A stretch of 64,000 nucleotides of DNA from Rhodobacterales bacterium (GCA_965221505.1 CBDCSI010000002.1:60341-124340), one strand, 5' to 3'; shown: positions 30,420 through 40,598, counted from the stretch's first letter. Numbers and translations are program-made. The notes: generated by a model from the sequence alone, not told the origin.

Positions 30420-31190
30420 TCAACGGCCCATCCATCCCCCGTCCACCACCAGGATCTCGCCATGCACGTATTCCGCCGCCGCAGAGGACAGGAACAGGGC
30501 CGGTCCGGCAAAATCCTCCGGCGTGCCCCAGCGCCCGGCCGGAATGCGTTCGAGAATCGCCTTGTAGCGATCCGGATCGTTCACCAGCGCCTCGGTGTTG
30601 TCGGTAGCGATGTAGCCGGGCGCGATCGCGTTGACGTTGACGCCGCGCCCCGCCCATTCGTTGGCGAGCGCCTTGGTCAACTGGCCGACGCCGCCCTTCG
30701 ACACCGAGTACCCCGGCACGTTGATGCCGCCCTGGAAGGTCAGCAAGGACGCCGTGAAGACGATCCTGCCGGATCCGCGCCGGAGCATGCCCCGCCCGAT
30801 CTCCCGGGCCAGGACGAACTGGGCGGTGAGATTGACCTCCAGTACCTCGTCCCACCATTCGTCCGGGTGCTCGGCGGCCGGCGCGCGCCGGATGGTCCCC
30901 GCGTTGTTGATCAGAATGTCCGGCGCGACCCCGTCGGCCTCCAGCCGCGCGACGAGCGACGTCACGGCGCCGCGGTCCGAGAAGTCGCAAGGATAGGCAC
31001 GGAACCGGCGCCCCATTTCCTCCACCGACTGCGCAACCGCGCTGCCGGTCTCTTCGAGCGACGCGCTGACCCCGACAATGTCCGCGCCCGCACCGGCCAG
31101 CGCCTCCGCGATGGCGCGGCCGATCCCGCGCCGGCAGCCGGTGACGAGCGCCAGCTTCCCTGTGAGATCGAACAAAGACAGAACGCTCAT
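30420..31190 (-). CDS. kduD: SDR, KduD-like 2-dehydro-3-deoxy-D-gluconate 5-dehydrogenase / 2,5-diketo-3-deoxygalactonate reductase
   Basis: TGCRRGIG, NNAG, ASLLTFQGGINVPGYSVSK, RIPAGRWG, VDGGWMGR. Confidence 0.85.
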   Translation of the reverse strand: MSVLSLFDLTGKLALVTGCRRGIGRAIAEALAGAGADIVGVSASLEETGSAVAQSVEEMGRRFRAYPCDFSDRGAVTSLVARLEADGVAPDILINNAGTIRRAPAAEHPDEWWDEVLEVNLTAQFVLAREIGRGMLRRGSGRIVFTASLLTFQGGINVPGYSVSKGGVGQLTKALANEWAGRGVNVNAIAPGYIATDNTEALVNDPDRYKAILERIPAGRWGTPEDFAGPALFLSSAAAEYVHGEILVVDGGWMGR

Positions 31191-32236
31191 CGGTACTCTC
31201 CCACCCTTACCAGGCTCTTCATGGCCGTCGGCGACGACTCCAGCGCTTCGAACGCTTCCTGGACCGAGTCCAGCGGGCTGACATGGGTGATGACGGTATC
31301 GGCCGCGATCCCCCCGCGCGCGACGATCCCGATCGCCGCGTCGTAGTCCTCCGGCTCGTAGACCCTGGCGCCCATGAGCCGAAGCTCGCGCCAGAAGAAG
31401 CGGAACAGGTCGATCTGCGGCCTCGACGCGTGGATCGCGACCATGACGATTCGCGCCCGAACGGAAGCGACCTCCGTCATCGCGTCGACGCCGGCCTGCG
31501 TGCCGGAGACCTCGAACACCACGTCCGCGCCCTTGCCGCCGGTGCGACGGTGCACTTCCCCTCCAAGGTCGTCTTCGAGCGGATTCAGCGCGTCGAATCC
31601 GAGCGACCGCGCAACCGCCAGCCGGTTCGGGTTCACCTCGGACACCAACACCTCGCCGCCGGCCTCCCTCGCCACGGAAGCCACCAGGATTCCGATCGGG
31701 CCGCCCCCGATCACGAGGGCGGTCTCGCCGGAGGCGAGCCCCGAGAGCCGAACGTCGTGACAGGCGACCGCGACCGGTTCGATCAGCGCGGCGTGGTCCA
31801 GGCCGAGCGTATCCGGCAGCGCGTGCAGCGTGTGCGCCGGCACGGTCCACCATTCCTGGAAGGCGCCGTCGGTGTCGAGGCCGAGGAACTTCAGGTTGTG
31901 GCAGACGTGCCGGTGCCCTGCATGGCAGGCCGGACAGTCGTCGCAGTGATCCAGCGGACGCACGACCACCCGCTGGCCGACCGCAAGGTTCTCGCACCCC
32001 TCTCCCAGCGCGGCAACCGTTCCCGACATCTCGTGACCGATCACGCGGTCGAACCCGACCCGAGTGTCCATGTTGCCGTGAAACACGTGCATGTCCGTGC
32101 CGCAAATCCCGCAATAGGCGACGCGAATCGCCGCCTCGCCGGGCGCCGGGGCGGCCGAGGCTCGCCGGACGACCTCGAACGCCCGGTTGCCGCGATAGAC
32201 CGCCGCCGCATGTTCCTGTCCTGTCATGTTCGCCAC
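31187..32236 (-). CDS. Zn-dependent dehydrogenase, 2-keto-3-deoxy-L-galactonate 5-dehydrogenase-like
   Basis: CGICGTD, GHE, CDDCPAC...C structural Zn, GGGPIG; coupled to the kduD-like gene. Confidence 0.8.
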   Translation of the reverse strand: MANMTGQEHAAAVYRGNRAFEVVRRASAAPAPGEAAIRVAYCGICGTDMHVFHGNMDTRVGFDRVIGHEMSGTVAALGEGCENLAVGQRVVVRPLDHCDDCPACHAGHRHVCHNLKFLGLDTDGAFQEWWTVPAHTLHALPDTLGLDHAALIEPVAVACHDVRLSGLASGETALVIGGGPIGILVASVAREAGGEVLVSEVNPNRLAVARSLGFDALNPLEDDLGGEVHRRTGGKGADVVFEVSGTQAGVDAMTEVASVRARIVMVAIHASRPQIDLFRFFWRELRLMGARVYEPEDYDAAIGIVARGGIAADTVITHVSPLDSVQEAFEALESSPTAMKSLVRVGEYR

Positions 32237-32505
32237 CGATCCTCCCTCTCTTCAGGCCCCGGATGCCGTACCGTCATGCGACTCCGGCCCCGACGCCTCG
32301 CATGCCCGTCCACCCGCTTGCTCCCTGCGGAGCGCCAGTCTCCACGTACGGCGGCGTCGGCAGGAACGTCGCAAGAAACGCACAGGGAACGGGCGCGCGC
32401 GCTCGTCCCGACGATCGACGCCGACGACGCCCTCCAGGTCCGATCGGCGACCGGACGTCCGGGCGAGCATAGTGCCCCGAAGCGTCCCCGGCCATCGAGC
32501 CACGC

Positions 32506-34125
32506 TCACAGCCGTCCCAGGAGAAGGTCGGCGCAGCGGTCGCCCAGCATCATGGCGGGCGCCGCGGTGTTTCCCGCGTTGATGTCCGGAACGGCCGACA
32601 TGTCGCACACCCGCAATCCCTCGATACCGCGAACGCGCATGCGCGGGTCGAGAACGGCAAGGGGGTCGCCGTCGCCGCCCATCCGGGCCGTGCCGGCCGG
32701 GTGGTAGTTGGTCTTGACGAAACGCCGGCAATGCCGCCGCAACCCGTTCGCGTCCCGGTCGTCCGGCCCGGGCAGAAGGACCCGGTCGATCTTCCCCGCC
32801 AGCGGCGCTCTGGCGAACGCCTCCAGGAAGAACGCTTGCCCGCGCACCATTTCGTCCATGTCCTGCGCTTCCCGGAGCAGGTTCGGCGACACGAGCGGCA
32901 TCGCGGCGGGATCCGCCGACGCCAGCCGGACCTCGCCCCGGGAAACCGGCTTGACGACCACGGTGGTCACGGTCAGGCCATGGCCGTCCCGGACCAGATG
33001 GCGGGTGTCCCGGTCGACGTAGACGATGGGCACGCAAAAGGCCTGAACGGTCGGCGGCGCGTCCCGATTCCGGGGATTGACGAACGCGCCGGCCTCCACC
33101 CCCGCCGAGGTCACCGGTCCGCTTCCGAAGAGCCGGAACTGGACGCCGTTTCGCAGCATCCGCCATCCCGCTCCCTGCCGGTAGTAGCCGTAGGGGCCGG
33201 CGACGCTGGCCGTGATGGGAACTTCGGGATGGTCGATCAGGTTTTGCCCGACGCCCGGCAGGTCGTGGATACAGTCGATTCCGGTCTCGGCGAGGTGCTC
33301 CGCGGGGCCGATTCCCGAGAGCATGAGAATCTTCGGGGTGACCAGCGCGCCGGCTGCGAGGACGACTTCGCCGTCGCATCGCACCTCGACCCGGCGGCCG
33401 CGACGGTCGCGATAGACGACCCCCCTCGCGCGTTCGCGTTCGACGACGATCGTTTCGACCTCGGCATGCAGCCGGACGGCGAGATTGGGGTTCCCCGATT
33501 GCGGCGACAGGTAGGCGTAGGCGGAGGAGGACCTTCGACCGTCGCGATTCATGAACTGGTAGAATCCGACGCCGCGCTGAAGCGATCCGTTGAAGTCCGG
33601 GTTGAACGGCTCTCCCATCGCCTGGACCGCCTGAACGAAGAGCCGCGACAACAGGTCGATATGGCCTGGGTCGGACACCAGGAGCGGCCCGTCGACGCCG
33701 TGATTCTCGTTGCACAAGCGGTCGTTTCCCTCCATCCGCCGAAAATGCGGCAGCACGTCCTCCCACTTCCACCCGACGCCCTGGTTGCTGCCCCGGAGCG
33801 CCTCGTCCCAGGCGTCGTAGTCGGACGGCCTGCCGCGCATGTAGACCTGGGCGTTGACCGAGGTGCCGCCGCCGAGAACGTGACCCTGGGGAATGTCGTG
33901 CCGGCGACCTTCCAGATGCTCCTGCGGAACCGTGGTGTGGAACTGCATGAACTTCGAGCCGTTGATCATCTTGAAAATGCCCGGCGGCATGTCGAGCAGG
34001 GGGTGTCGGTTCGAATGTCCCGCCTCGAGGAGCAGCACCCTGGCGCCGCCGTCTCCGGCGATCCTCGCCGCCGCCACGCAACCGGCCGCGCCGCCGCCAA
34101 TCACGATGTGATCGAAGGTCTGCAT
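32506..34125 (-). CDS. GMC-family FAD oxidoreductase (sorbose dehydrogenase/choline dehydrogenase-like)
   Basis: GGGAAG, LGGGTSVNAQVYMRG, VGQNLIDH, YHPAGTARMG, NTAAP; no signal peptide. Confidence 0.9.
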   Translation of the reverse strand: MQTFDHIVIGGGAAGCVAAARIAGDGGARVLLLEAGHSNRHPLLDMPPGIFKMINGSKFMQFHTTVPQEHLEGRRHDIPQGHVLGGGTSVNAQVYMRGRPSDYDAWDEALRGSNQGVGWKWEDVLPHFRRMEGNDRLCNENHGVDGPLLVSDPGHIDLLSRLFVQAVQAMGEPFNPDFNGSLQRGVGFYQFMNRDGRRSSSAYAYLSPQSGNPNLAVRLHAEVETIVVERERARGVVYRDRRGRRVEVRCDGEVVLAAGALVTPKILMLSGIGPAEHLAETGIDCIHDLPGVGQNLIDHPEVPITASVAGPYGYYRQGAGWRMLRNGVQFRLFGSGPVTSAGVEAGAFVNPRNRDAPPTVQAFCVPIVYVDRDTRHLVRDGHGLTVTTVVVKPVSRGEVRLASADPAAMPLVSPNLLREAQDMDEMVRGQAFFLEAFARAPLAGKIDRVLLPGPDDRDANGLRRHCRRFVKTNYHPAGTARMGGDGDPLAVLDPRMRVRGIEGLRVCDMSAVPDINAGNTAAPAMMLGDRCADLLLGRL

Positions 34126-34230
34126 GGTCCTTTTCCCGTCTTTCGTCCGACACGGCCCCCGGCGGCGGCCGGCAACCGCATGTTGACACGAATGCCAAAC
34201 GGACGCATCATATCCAATTAGCGGAACCAA

Positions 34231-34247
34231 GTTCTATTAAATGGAAC
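34231..34247. promoter_or_regulatory. Imperfect palindrome in the divergent promoter (IclR-like operator candidate)
   Basis: GTTCTATTAAATGGAAC with one mismatch; a similar site at 34211-34227; TTGACA at 34183. Confidence 0.45.
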
Positions 34248-34419
34248 AGTCGGGGGCAGGAAGGCGGCGTGCAAACCTCTCCGTCGTCGACGGGCCGATG
34301 GTGTACATTAGGGCGCCCTGCCTCCGAGCTTTCGCTGCCCGAATCGGGGCGGGCGCCCCGTAGGCACCGGAGCAGGCGACTGTCGCCGCTCCGAACGGAA
34401 CTGATTATGGAGGAGACTC

Positions 34420-35394
34420 ATGAAACACCGATTGATGATTCATGCGGCGGCCGCGCTGGGTGTCGGCCTGATGTCCGGCGTTGGTCTGGCGGAGACGCCC
34501 CCGCTTGCGATGAAGGACACCTACAAGGTCGGCTTCTCGCAAATGGAATCGAACAATCCGTGGCGCATCGCGGAAACCAAGTCATTCCAGGATACGGCCG
34601 AATCCTGCGGATGGGACCTGATCACGACGGACGCGGCCGGTTCGGCGGCGAAGCAGGTGGCCGACGTCGACTCGATGATCGCGCAGGGCATCGACGTTCT
34701 GTTTCTCCCGCCCCGAGAGGAGAAGCCGCTGATTCCGGCGGTCATGAAGGCCCGGGCCGCGGGGATTCCGGTGTTCCTGGTCGACCGTTCGGTTGACCCG
34801 AACGTCGCCAAGGCCGGCGAGCACTACGTCGCGTTTCTCGGATCCGACTTCGTCGACCAGGGGCGGCGCGTGGCCGAATGGCTGATCGAGAATTTCGAGG
34901 GCGAAAAGGGAATCATCGTCGAACTCGAAGGCACGACCGGCTCTTCGCCGGCCAACGACCGCAAGAGCGGATTCGACGACCGGATCATGCAGGACGACCG
35001 GTTCGAGATCGTCGCCTCGCAAACCGGCGACTTCGCCCGCGACCTCGGCCGGCAGGTCATGGAGACCCTGCTGCAGGCGCATCCGGACGTGAACGTCGTC
35101 TACGCGCATAACGACGAGATGGCCATCGGCGCCATTCAGGCGCTCGAACTGGCCGGCCGCAAGCCCGGCGAAGACGTTCTGGTCGTCTCCATCGACGGGA
35201 CGCGGGACGCGCTGCAGGCGATCATCGACGGCAAGATGGGCGTCACCGTCGAGAGTTCGCCCTTCTTCGGACCGCTCGCTTGCGACGTCATGAAACGGTA
35301 CGCCGCGGGCGAGGAGATTCCCGCCTGGGTCAAGGTGGAAGACCGCATCTTCACCGCCGAGAACGCGGCCGACCACATCGACGAGGCCTACTGA
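34420..35394 (+). CDS. Sugar ABC substrate-binding protein (YtfQ galactofuranose-type)
   Basis: VGFSQMESNNPWRIAET, GTTGSSPANDR, HNDEMAIGA, SIDG. Confidence 0.88.
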   Translation: MKHRLMIHAAAALGVGLMSGVGLAETPPLAMKDTYKVGFSQMESNNPWRIAETKSFQDTAESCGWDLITTDAAGSAAKQVADVDSMIAQGIDVLFLPPREEKPLIPAVMKARAAGIPVFLVDRSVDPNVAKAGEHYVAFLGSDFVDQGRRVAEWLIENFEGEKGIIVELEGTTGSSPANDRKSGFDDRIMQDDRFEIVASQTGDFARDLGRQVMETLLQAHPDVNVVYAHNDEMAIGAIQALELAGRKPGEDVLVVSIDGTRDALQAIIDGKMGVTVESSPFFGPLACDVMKRYAAGEEIPAWVKVEDRIFTAENAADHIDEAY

Positions 35395-35406
35395 GCCGAA
35401 GGCTTC

Positions 35407-35431
35407 CGGAGGGGCGGCCGCCGCCCCTCCG
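35407..35431 (+). promoter_or_regulatory. Stem-loop after the sugar-binding-protein gene
   Basis: CGGAGGGGCGG-ccg-CCGCCCCTCCG perfect 11-bp inverted repeat. Confidence 0.6.
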
Positions 35432-35458
35432 CACGCAACGAAGGACATTCCACGGGCG

Positions 35459-36982
35459 ATGCGACCCTTCGTCGAAATGCGGAACGTCGCCAAGTCCTTC
35501 GCCGGCGTGGTCGCGCTCCGTTCGGCGGAACTCGAAGTCGCTCCCGGCGAGGTCCACGCCGTCATCGGCCAGAACGGCGCCGGCAAGTCCACTCTGATCA
35601 AGATCCTCACAGGGGTCTATCGCAAGGATTCGGGCTCGGTCCGAATCGAGCAGGAAGAGCGCGAAATCCTCAGCCCGCGCGAAGCGCAGGACGCCGGAAT
35701 CGCGACGATCTATCAGGAACTCAGCCTGGTTCCCCTCCGGAGCGTCGCCGAGAACGTCACGATGGGCTACGAGCCGCGCACCCGGCTCGGCCTGATCGAC
35801 TGGCGGCGCGCGCATCGGGAGACGCGGGAGGTTCTCGACCGCTTCGGAATCGACGTCGACGTTCGCGCCCCGCTCGGAGACTATTCCACCGCGATCCAGC
35901 AGCTGGTCGCCATCGCCCGCGCGGTGTCGCGCAACGCCCGGCTCGTCGTCATGGACGAACCGACTTCCTCGCTGGACGACAAGGAGATCGAGACCCTGTT
36001 CGGCGTCGTGCGGGAGTTGCGCGACAGCGGCGTGTCCGTGTTGTACATTTCCCACTTTCTCGACGAGCTGTTCGAGATCTGCGATCGGGTCACGATCATG
36101 CGGGACGGCGAGACGGTCGACGTCCGGGAAATCGCCTCGACCGACAAGCTCGAATTGATCGCCGACATGTTGGGCCGCTCCGCCGACGAGATCGCCGCCG
36201 TCGGCATGACCGGTCTCGGCGGGACCGCCCGCGAGCCGGGCGACGAGTTGATCGAGGCGCGAAACGTCGCTTCGACCCGGCTCCTGAAGGACGTCTCCGT
36301 CGGTGTCCGAACCGGCGAAATCGTCGGCCTGGGCGGGCTCCTCGGCTCGGGACGAACCGAGACCGCACGCGCCCTGTTCGGCGCCGACCGGCTGACCGCC
36401 GGCGCCGTCCGGCTCCGTGGCGAGGCGCGACGGCTCGAGAGCCCGGCGCAGGCGATCGAAGAAGGGATCGGGTTCCTGTCCGAGGACCGGAAGGCGGAGG
36501 GGATCGTCCCGCACATGTCCGTGCGCGAGAACGTAACCCTCGCGCTTCTGCCCAGACTGAGCCGCAGGGGCGGCGTGGACGTGCGCCGGGAGAGGCGCCT
36601 GGTAGAACGGTTCGTCGCGGCGCTGGGTATCAAGGCGGCCAGCATGGACCAGCCCATCCGCGAGCTCTCGGGCGGGAACCAGCAGAAGGTCCTCCTCGCG
36701 CGCTGGCTCGCCAGCGAGCCGGCGGTGCTGATCCTGGACGAACCGACGCGCGGCGTCGACGTCGGAGCCAAATACGAGATCCAGTCGATCATCCGGGAAT
36801 ACGTCGACAAGGGGCTCGGCGTTCTCCTGATCAGCTCCGAGTTCGAGGAGCTGGTCGAAGGCGCCGACCGGATCGTGGTCCTGCAGGACGGACGGTCGGT
36901 GGCCGAACTGGAAAACCCCGGGGTCACGGAAGAGATTCTGATCGGCGCCATCGCACATCGCCACGACGGAACCGGGCCGTGA
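35459..36982 (+). CDS. Sugar ABC ATP-binding protein (CUT2, YtfR-like)
   Basis: GQNGAGKST; second domain LSGGNQQK and DEPTRGVDVGAK. Confidence 0.93.
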   Translation: MRPFVEMRNVAKSFAGVVALRSAELEVAPGEVHAVIGQNGAGKSTLIKILTGVYRKDSGSVRIEQEEREILSPREAQDAGIATIYQELSLVPLRSVAENVTMGYEPRTRLGLIDWRRAHRETREVLDRFGIDVDVRAPLGDYSTAIQQLVAIARAVSRNARLVVMDEPTSSLDDKEIETLFGVVRELRDSGVSVLYISHFLDELFEICDRVTIMRDGETVDVREIASTDKLELIADMLGRSADEIAAVGMTGLGGTAREPGDELIEARNVASTRLLKDVSVGVRTGEIVGLGGLLGSGRTETARALFGADRLTAGAVRLRGEARRLESPAQAIEEGIGFLSEDRKAEGIVPHMSVRENVTLALLPRLSRRGGVDVRRERRLVERFVAALGIKAASMDQPIRELSGGNQQKVLLARWLASEPAVLILDEPTRGVDVGAKYEIQSIIREYVDKGLGVLLISSEFEELVEGADRIVVLQDGRSVAELENPGVTEEILIGAIAHRHDGTGP

Positions 36983-37986
36983 CCCGGACTTCGCCGCAAG
37001 CGCCCGCCGCGCTCTCCTCGGAGCCTGGCAGGGCCGCGCTGGAGTGGGGTCGGATCGCGCGTTACGGCGGTCCGATCGCGCTCGTCGCGATCCTTCTCTT
37101 CAACGCGCTGGTCACGCCGAACTTCCTGCACCCCCAGACCCTGTTCGTCAACATCAGCCAGGTCGCCACCATCGCGATCGTCGCGGTCGGCATGACCCTG
37201 GTCATCGCGACCGGCGGAATCGACCTCAGCGTGGGCGCGGTGATGGCGCTCGCCGGTGCCCTCGCGCCCCTGATCTTCACTTCGCCCTTCGCGGAGGCCA
37301 ACCCCGCGATCGGCCTGGTCGCCGCCTTCGCGATTCCGGTGCTCGTCGCGCTCCTCTGCGGCGCGTTCAACGGCGTTCTGGTCAGCCACCTGCACGTGCA
37401 GCCGATCGTCGCGACGCTGATCTTCTTCATCTCGGGTCGCGGAATCGCGCTGGTCCTGACCAACGGCAACCTCCAGACCTTCTCCAACCCGGAGTTCAGC
37501 TATCTCGGCACCGGACGGATACTCGGCCTCCCGTTCCAGGGCTGGCTCGTGGTGCTGATCGCCCTCGGCGCCTGGTGGCTGGTCAACCGGACCGTGTACG
37601 GCCGGCAATTGCTGGCGGTCGGTGGAAACGAACGCGCGGCAACGCTGTCGGGCGTTCCGGTCAAGCGGGTGAAAATCGGCGCCTACGTGATCTGCGCCGG
37701 ACTGTCGGGCGTCGCCGGCCTGATCGTCGTGGCGATCAATTCCGCATCGGACGCGGCCCGGATCGGCAACCTGATGGAACTCGACGCGATCGCGGCGGCC
37801 GTGGTCGGCGGCGCGCTTCTCCTTGGCGGAAAGGCGCCGATCTTCGGCGCCATCCTCGGGGCGGTCATCATCCAGCTGGTCAGATACACCCTGCTCGCCA
37901 ACGGCGTCGCCGACGAGGTGGCGCTGATCGCCAAGGCGGGGATCATCGTCCTGGCGGTCTACGTCCAGCAGGCCCGGAGAGAATAG
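36979..37986 (+). CDS. Sugar ABC permease (YtfT-like)
   Basis: TGGIDLSVG, GGNERAA, ELDAIAA. Confidence 0.92.
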   Translation: MTRTSPQAPAALSSEPGRAALEWGRIARYGGPIALVAILLFNALVTPNFLHPQTLFVNISQVATIAIVAVGMTLVIATGGIDLSVGAVMALAGALAPLIFTSPFAEANPAIGLVAAFAIPVLVALLCGAFNGVLVSHLHVQPIVATLIFFISGRGIALVLTNGNLQTFSNPEFSYLGTGRILGLPFQGWLVVLIALGAWWLVNRTVYGRQLLAVGGNERAATLSGVPVKRVKIGAYVICAGLSGVAGLIVVAINSASDAARIGNLMELDAIAAAVVGGALLLGGKAPIFGAILGAVIIQLVRYTLLANGVADEVALIAKAGIIVLAVYVQQARRE

Positions 37987-37990
37987 TCCG

Positions 37991-38986
37991 ATGCGCGACT
38001 TTCCGGCCTTCGACCTCCGGCGGACGATCAACCGGAACCGGCACTCCTCCGGGGTCTGGATCGCGCTCGCGCTCCTGATCGCCTTCGGCCTCCTGCGCTA
38101 CGAGAATTTCGGCAGCGCCTACAACGTCTCCTCGTTCCTGAACTACAACGCCATGTTCATCGCTATCTCGGTGGGCATGTGCTTCGTGATCATGACCGGC
38201 GGCATCGACCTTTCCGTCGGTTCGGTCGCGGCCTTCACCTCGGTGATCGCGGCATATCTGTCGCCCTGGGGAATTCAGGCCGCCCTGCCTGGCGCCGTCG
38301 CCGCCGGAATCGCGCTCGGCGGGCTGAACGGGTTCTTCGTCGTGGCCATGAGAATTCCCCCGTTCATCGCCACGCTGGCCACCATGCTCGGCGCCAAGGG
38401 CGGTGCGCTGGTGATCTCCGGCGCCCAGACGATTTCCGTCGACTGGGGATCGAACTTCACCCGGCTCGGGATGGAGCAGGCGTTCGGCGTGGTGCCGTGG
38501 TCCATCCTGATCGTCGCGATTCTCGTCGCGTTCCTGTGGGTGGTCCTCGAACACACGTCGCTGGGACGGACGGTCCTGGCCGTCGGCGGCGGCGAGGACG
38601 CCAGCGTGATGATGGGGCTGAAGGTCGTCAGAGCGAAGTTCTTCGTCTACTCGCTGAGCGGCGGTTGCGCGGGCCTGGCCGGAGTGTTCCTGGCTTCCGG
38701 GTTCGGCGCGGGGCAGCCGCTCGAGGGCGTGGGCTGGGAACTCTCGGCCATCGCCTCGGTGGTGGTCGGCGGCACGCTGCTCACCGGCGGTCTGGGCTCC
38801 GTTCCCGCCACCGTCGCGGGAGCGCTGCTGCTCGGCCTGGTGTTCAACGTCCTGAACTTCGAGAACGGCCGCGGCACCATCAGCCTGAGCGCCTACTGGC
38901 AGCTTGTCATACGCGGCGGGTTCCTGCTCGCGGTCATCCTGCTGCAGAGCCGATTCGCGGCAGCGGGCAGGAAGCGTACGACCTGA
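37991..38986 (+). CDS. Sugar ABC permease (YjfF-like)
   Basis: TGGIDLSVGS, GWELSAIASVVVGG. Confidence 0.92.
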   Translation: MRDFPAFDLRRTINRNRHSSGVWIALALLIAFGLLRYENFGSAYNVSSFLNYNAMFIAISVGMCFVIMTGGIDLSVGSVAAFTSVIAAYLSPWGIQAALPGAVAAGIALGGLNGFFVVAMRIPPFIATLATMLGAKGGALVISGAQTISVDWGSNFTRLGMEQAFGVVPWSILIVAILVAFLWVVLEHTSLGRTVLAVGGGEDASVMMGLKVVRAKFFVYSLSGGCAGLAGVFLASGFGAGQPLEGVGWELSAIASVVVGGTLLTGGLGSVPATVAGALLLGLVFNVLNFENGRGTISLSAYWQLVIRGGFLLAVILLQSRFAAAGRKRTT

Positions 38987-39107
38987 CTCGTGACGGCGGT
39001 CGAACGGATGCCGAGCGCACGGCGCCGACGGTTGCATTCGGACGCGCGAGAAGCCAGGAACGCTGCGGCTACGACCTGGAGCGGAGCGTGACCGCAGGGA
39101 GGAAGCC

Positions 39108-39389
39108 GTGGAAGACCGGAACGACGCGATGACGGAGAACGGGTTCGAAAGACCCTCGCCCTGGCTTCCGATCGAACTTCGTACCCGGCTCTACGAGCAT
39201 CGGCTCGCTCTCGCGAAGTTGCGCTACGACCTGATCCTGCGCAGAGCCGAACTACGGTGGCATCTCGGGCGAACGACATGTCCGATCGCGATCTTCGGCC
39301 CGGGCACGACGCCCGTTCCGCCCGTATTCGCGCAGGTTGACGCCGGGACGAACCGACTGCCGCGCAGGTCGACACGCACCGCGCCGTGA
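39108..39389 (+). CDS. Small hypothetical protein (possibly a relic)
   Basis: GGGAGG RBS before GTG; amphipathic LRTRLYEHRLALAKLRYDLILRR; no recognised family. Confidence 0.3.
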   Translation: MEDRNDAMTENGFERPSPWLPIELRTRLYEHRLALAKLRYDLILRRAELRWHLGRTTCPIAIFGPGTTPVPPVFAQVDAGTNRLPRRSTRTAP

Positions 39390-39491
39390 CCGCCGCTCGT
39401 CGGCACCGACCTCGAGCGACGCCGGATCTCCCGCCGCCCGATCCGCCCTCCCTCCGGCGAACCGCCAGCAGGCGACGGCAGATTCCGACGA

Positions 39492-40598
39492 TCATTCGTA
39501 GACCGCAACCGGCTCACCCAGCAACTTCGGGTCCGGCGCGACGCCGAGGCCGGGCGCCGTCGGGGGACGCGCGTAGCCGTCGGCGTTCCTGGATCCCTGC
39601 CCCGGCACGGGATCGACGGCGAGATGTTCGTGGCCGAGCCAGCTCGCCAGCCGGAACTCGGCGGGAGTCGAGGATGCGAGGTGAATCGCGGCCGTGTCGG
39701 CCAGCGCCGTGCCGCCCACGTCTTCGATATGCATCTGCCAACCCACGGAAACCCCGAAGTCCCGCACCTGCCGTGCCCGGGTCAGGCCGCCGAGTCGATT
39801 CGGCTTGACCTTCACGCCCTCGAACGCGCCCGTGCGCCAGGCCTCCAGGTGGTCCGCAAAGTCGTGCAGGCACTCGTCGAGCAAGATTGGACACGAGACC
39901 TTCCGGGCGACCTGCGCACATTCGCGCATCGACTCGCAGGGCTGTTCGACCCATTCCCGAACGACGGCGGCGTTCAGCGCCTGTACGGCGATGCCGGGAG
40001 TCCAGGCCCGGTTGACGTCGAAGGTCACGCGATCCTCCCCGGTCAGCGAGGATCGGACCGCCTCGATCCGCGCGACGTCGAGCGCCGGATCCGCGCCGCC
40101 GATTTTCGCGGAATGCGTGCGATAGCCCCTCGAACGGGCGCTCCGGATGCGCTCCGCCATTTCCTCCGGCGAACCGGTCGGGATGGAGGAGTTGAGCGGA
40201 ACCCGCTCCGCCGCCTCGCCGCCCAGGAGCTGCCAGAGCGGTAGGCCGGCGTCCTGACCCAGGAGATCCCAGCAGGCAATGTCCAACGGAGACTTGGCGT
40301 ACGGGTGCCCGGGCAGGGCGAGATCCATGGCGCGGACGATCGCGTCGAGCGAGCGCGGATCGCGACCGATCAGGACCGGCGCCAGCGTCGCCAGCGCCGC
40401 CCGCAACCCCGGCCCGTGGGCCGGCAGGTAGGACGCCCCCCAGGGGCACCCCTCGCCCCACCCCGACCGGCCGCATGCGGTTTCGACGCGAACCAGGGTC
40501 GAGTCGAGTCGCTCGAACCGCAACCGGCCGCCGGAGAGCCGATACGGCTCGGCAAGCGGCAGATCCGCCGCCCAGACGACTATTCGGGCGATCTTCAT
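39492..40598 (-). CDS. Enolase-superfamily enzyme, proline-betaine racemase/hydroxyproline subgroup
   Basis: LSGGRLRFERLDST, GEGCPWGASYLPAH, HSAKIG, DVNRAW, EQPC, LDE, IEDVGG. Confidence 0.82.
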   Translation of the reverse strand: MKIARIVVWAADLPLAEPYRLSGGRLRFERLDSTLVRVETACGRSGWGEGCPWGASYLPAHGPGLRAALATLAPVLIGRDPRSLDAIVRAMDLALPGHPYAKSPLDIACWDLLGQDAGLPLWQLLGGEAAERVPLNSSIPTGSPEEMAERIRSARSRGYRTHSAKIGGADPALDVARIEAVRSSLTGEDRVTFDVNRAWTPGIAVQALNAAVVREWVEQPCESMRECAQVARKVSCPILLDECLHDFADHLEAWRTGAFEGVKVKPNRLGGLTRARQVRDFGVSVGWQMHIEDVGGTALADTAAIHLASSTPAEFRLASWLGHEHLAVDPVPGQGSRNADGYARPPTAPGLGVAPDPKLLGEPVAVYE

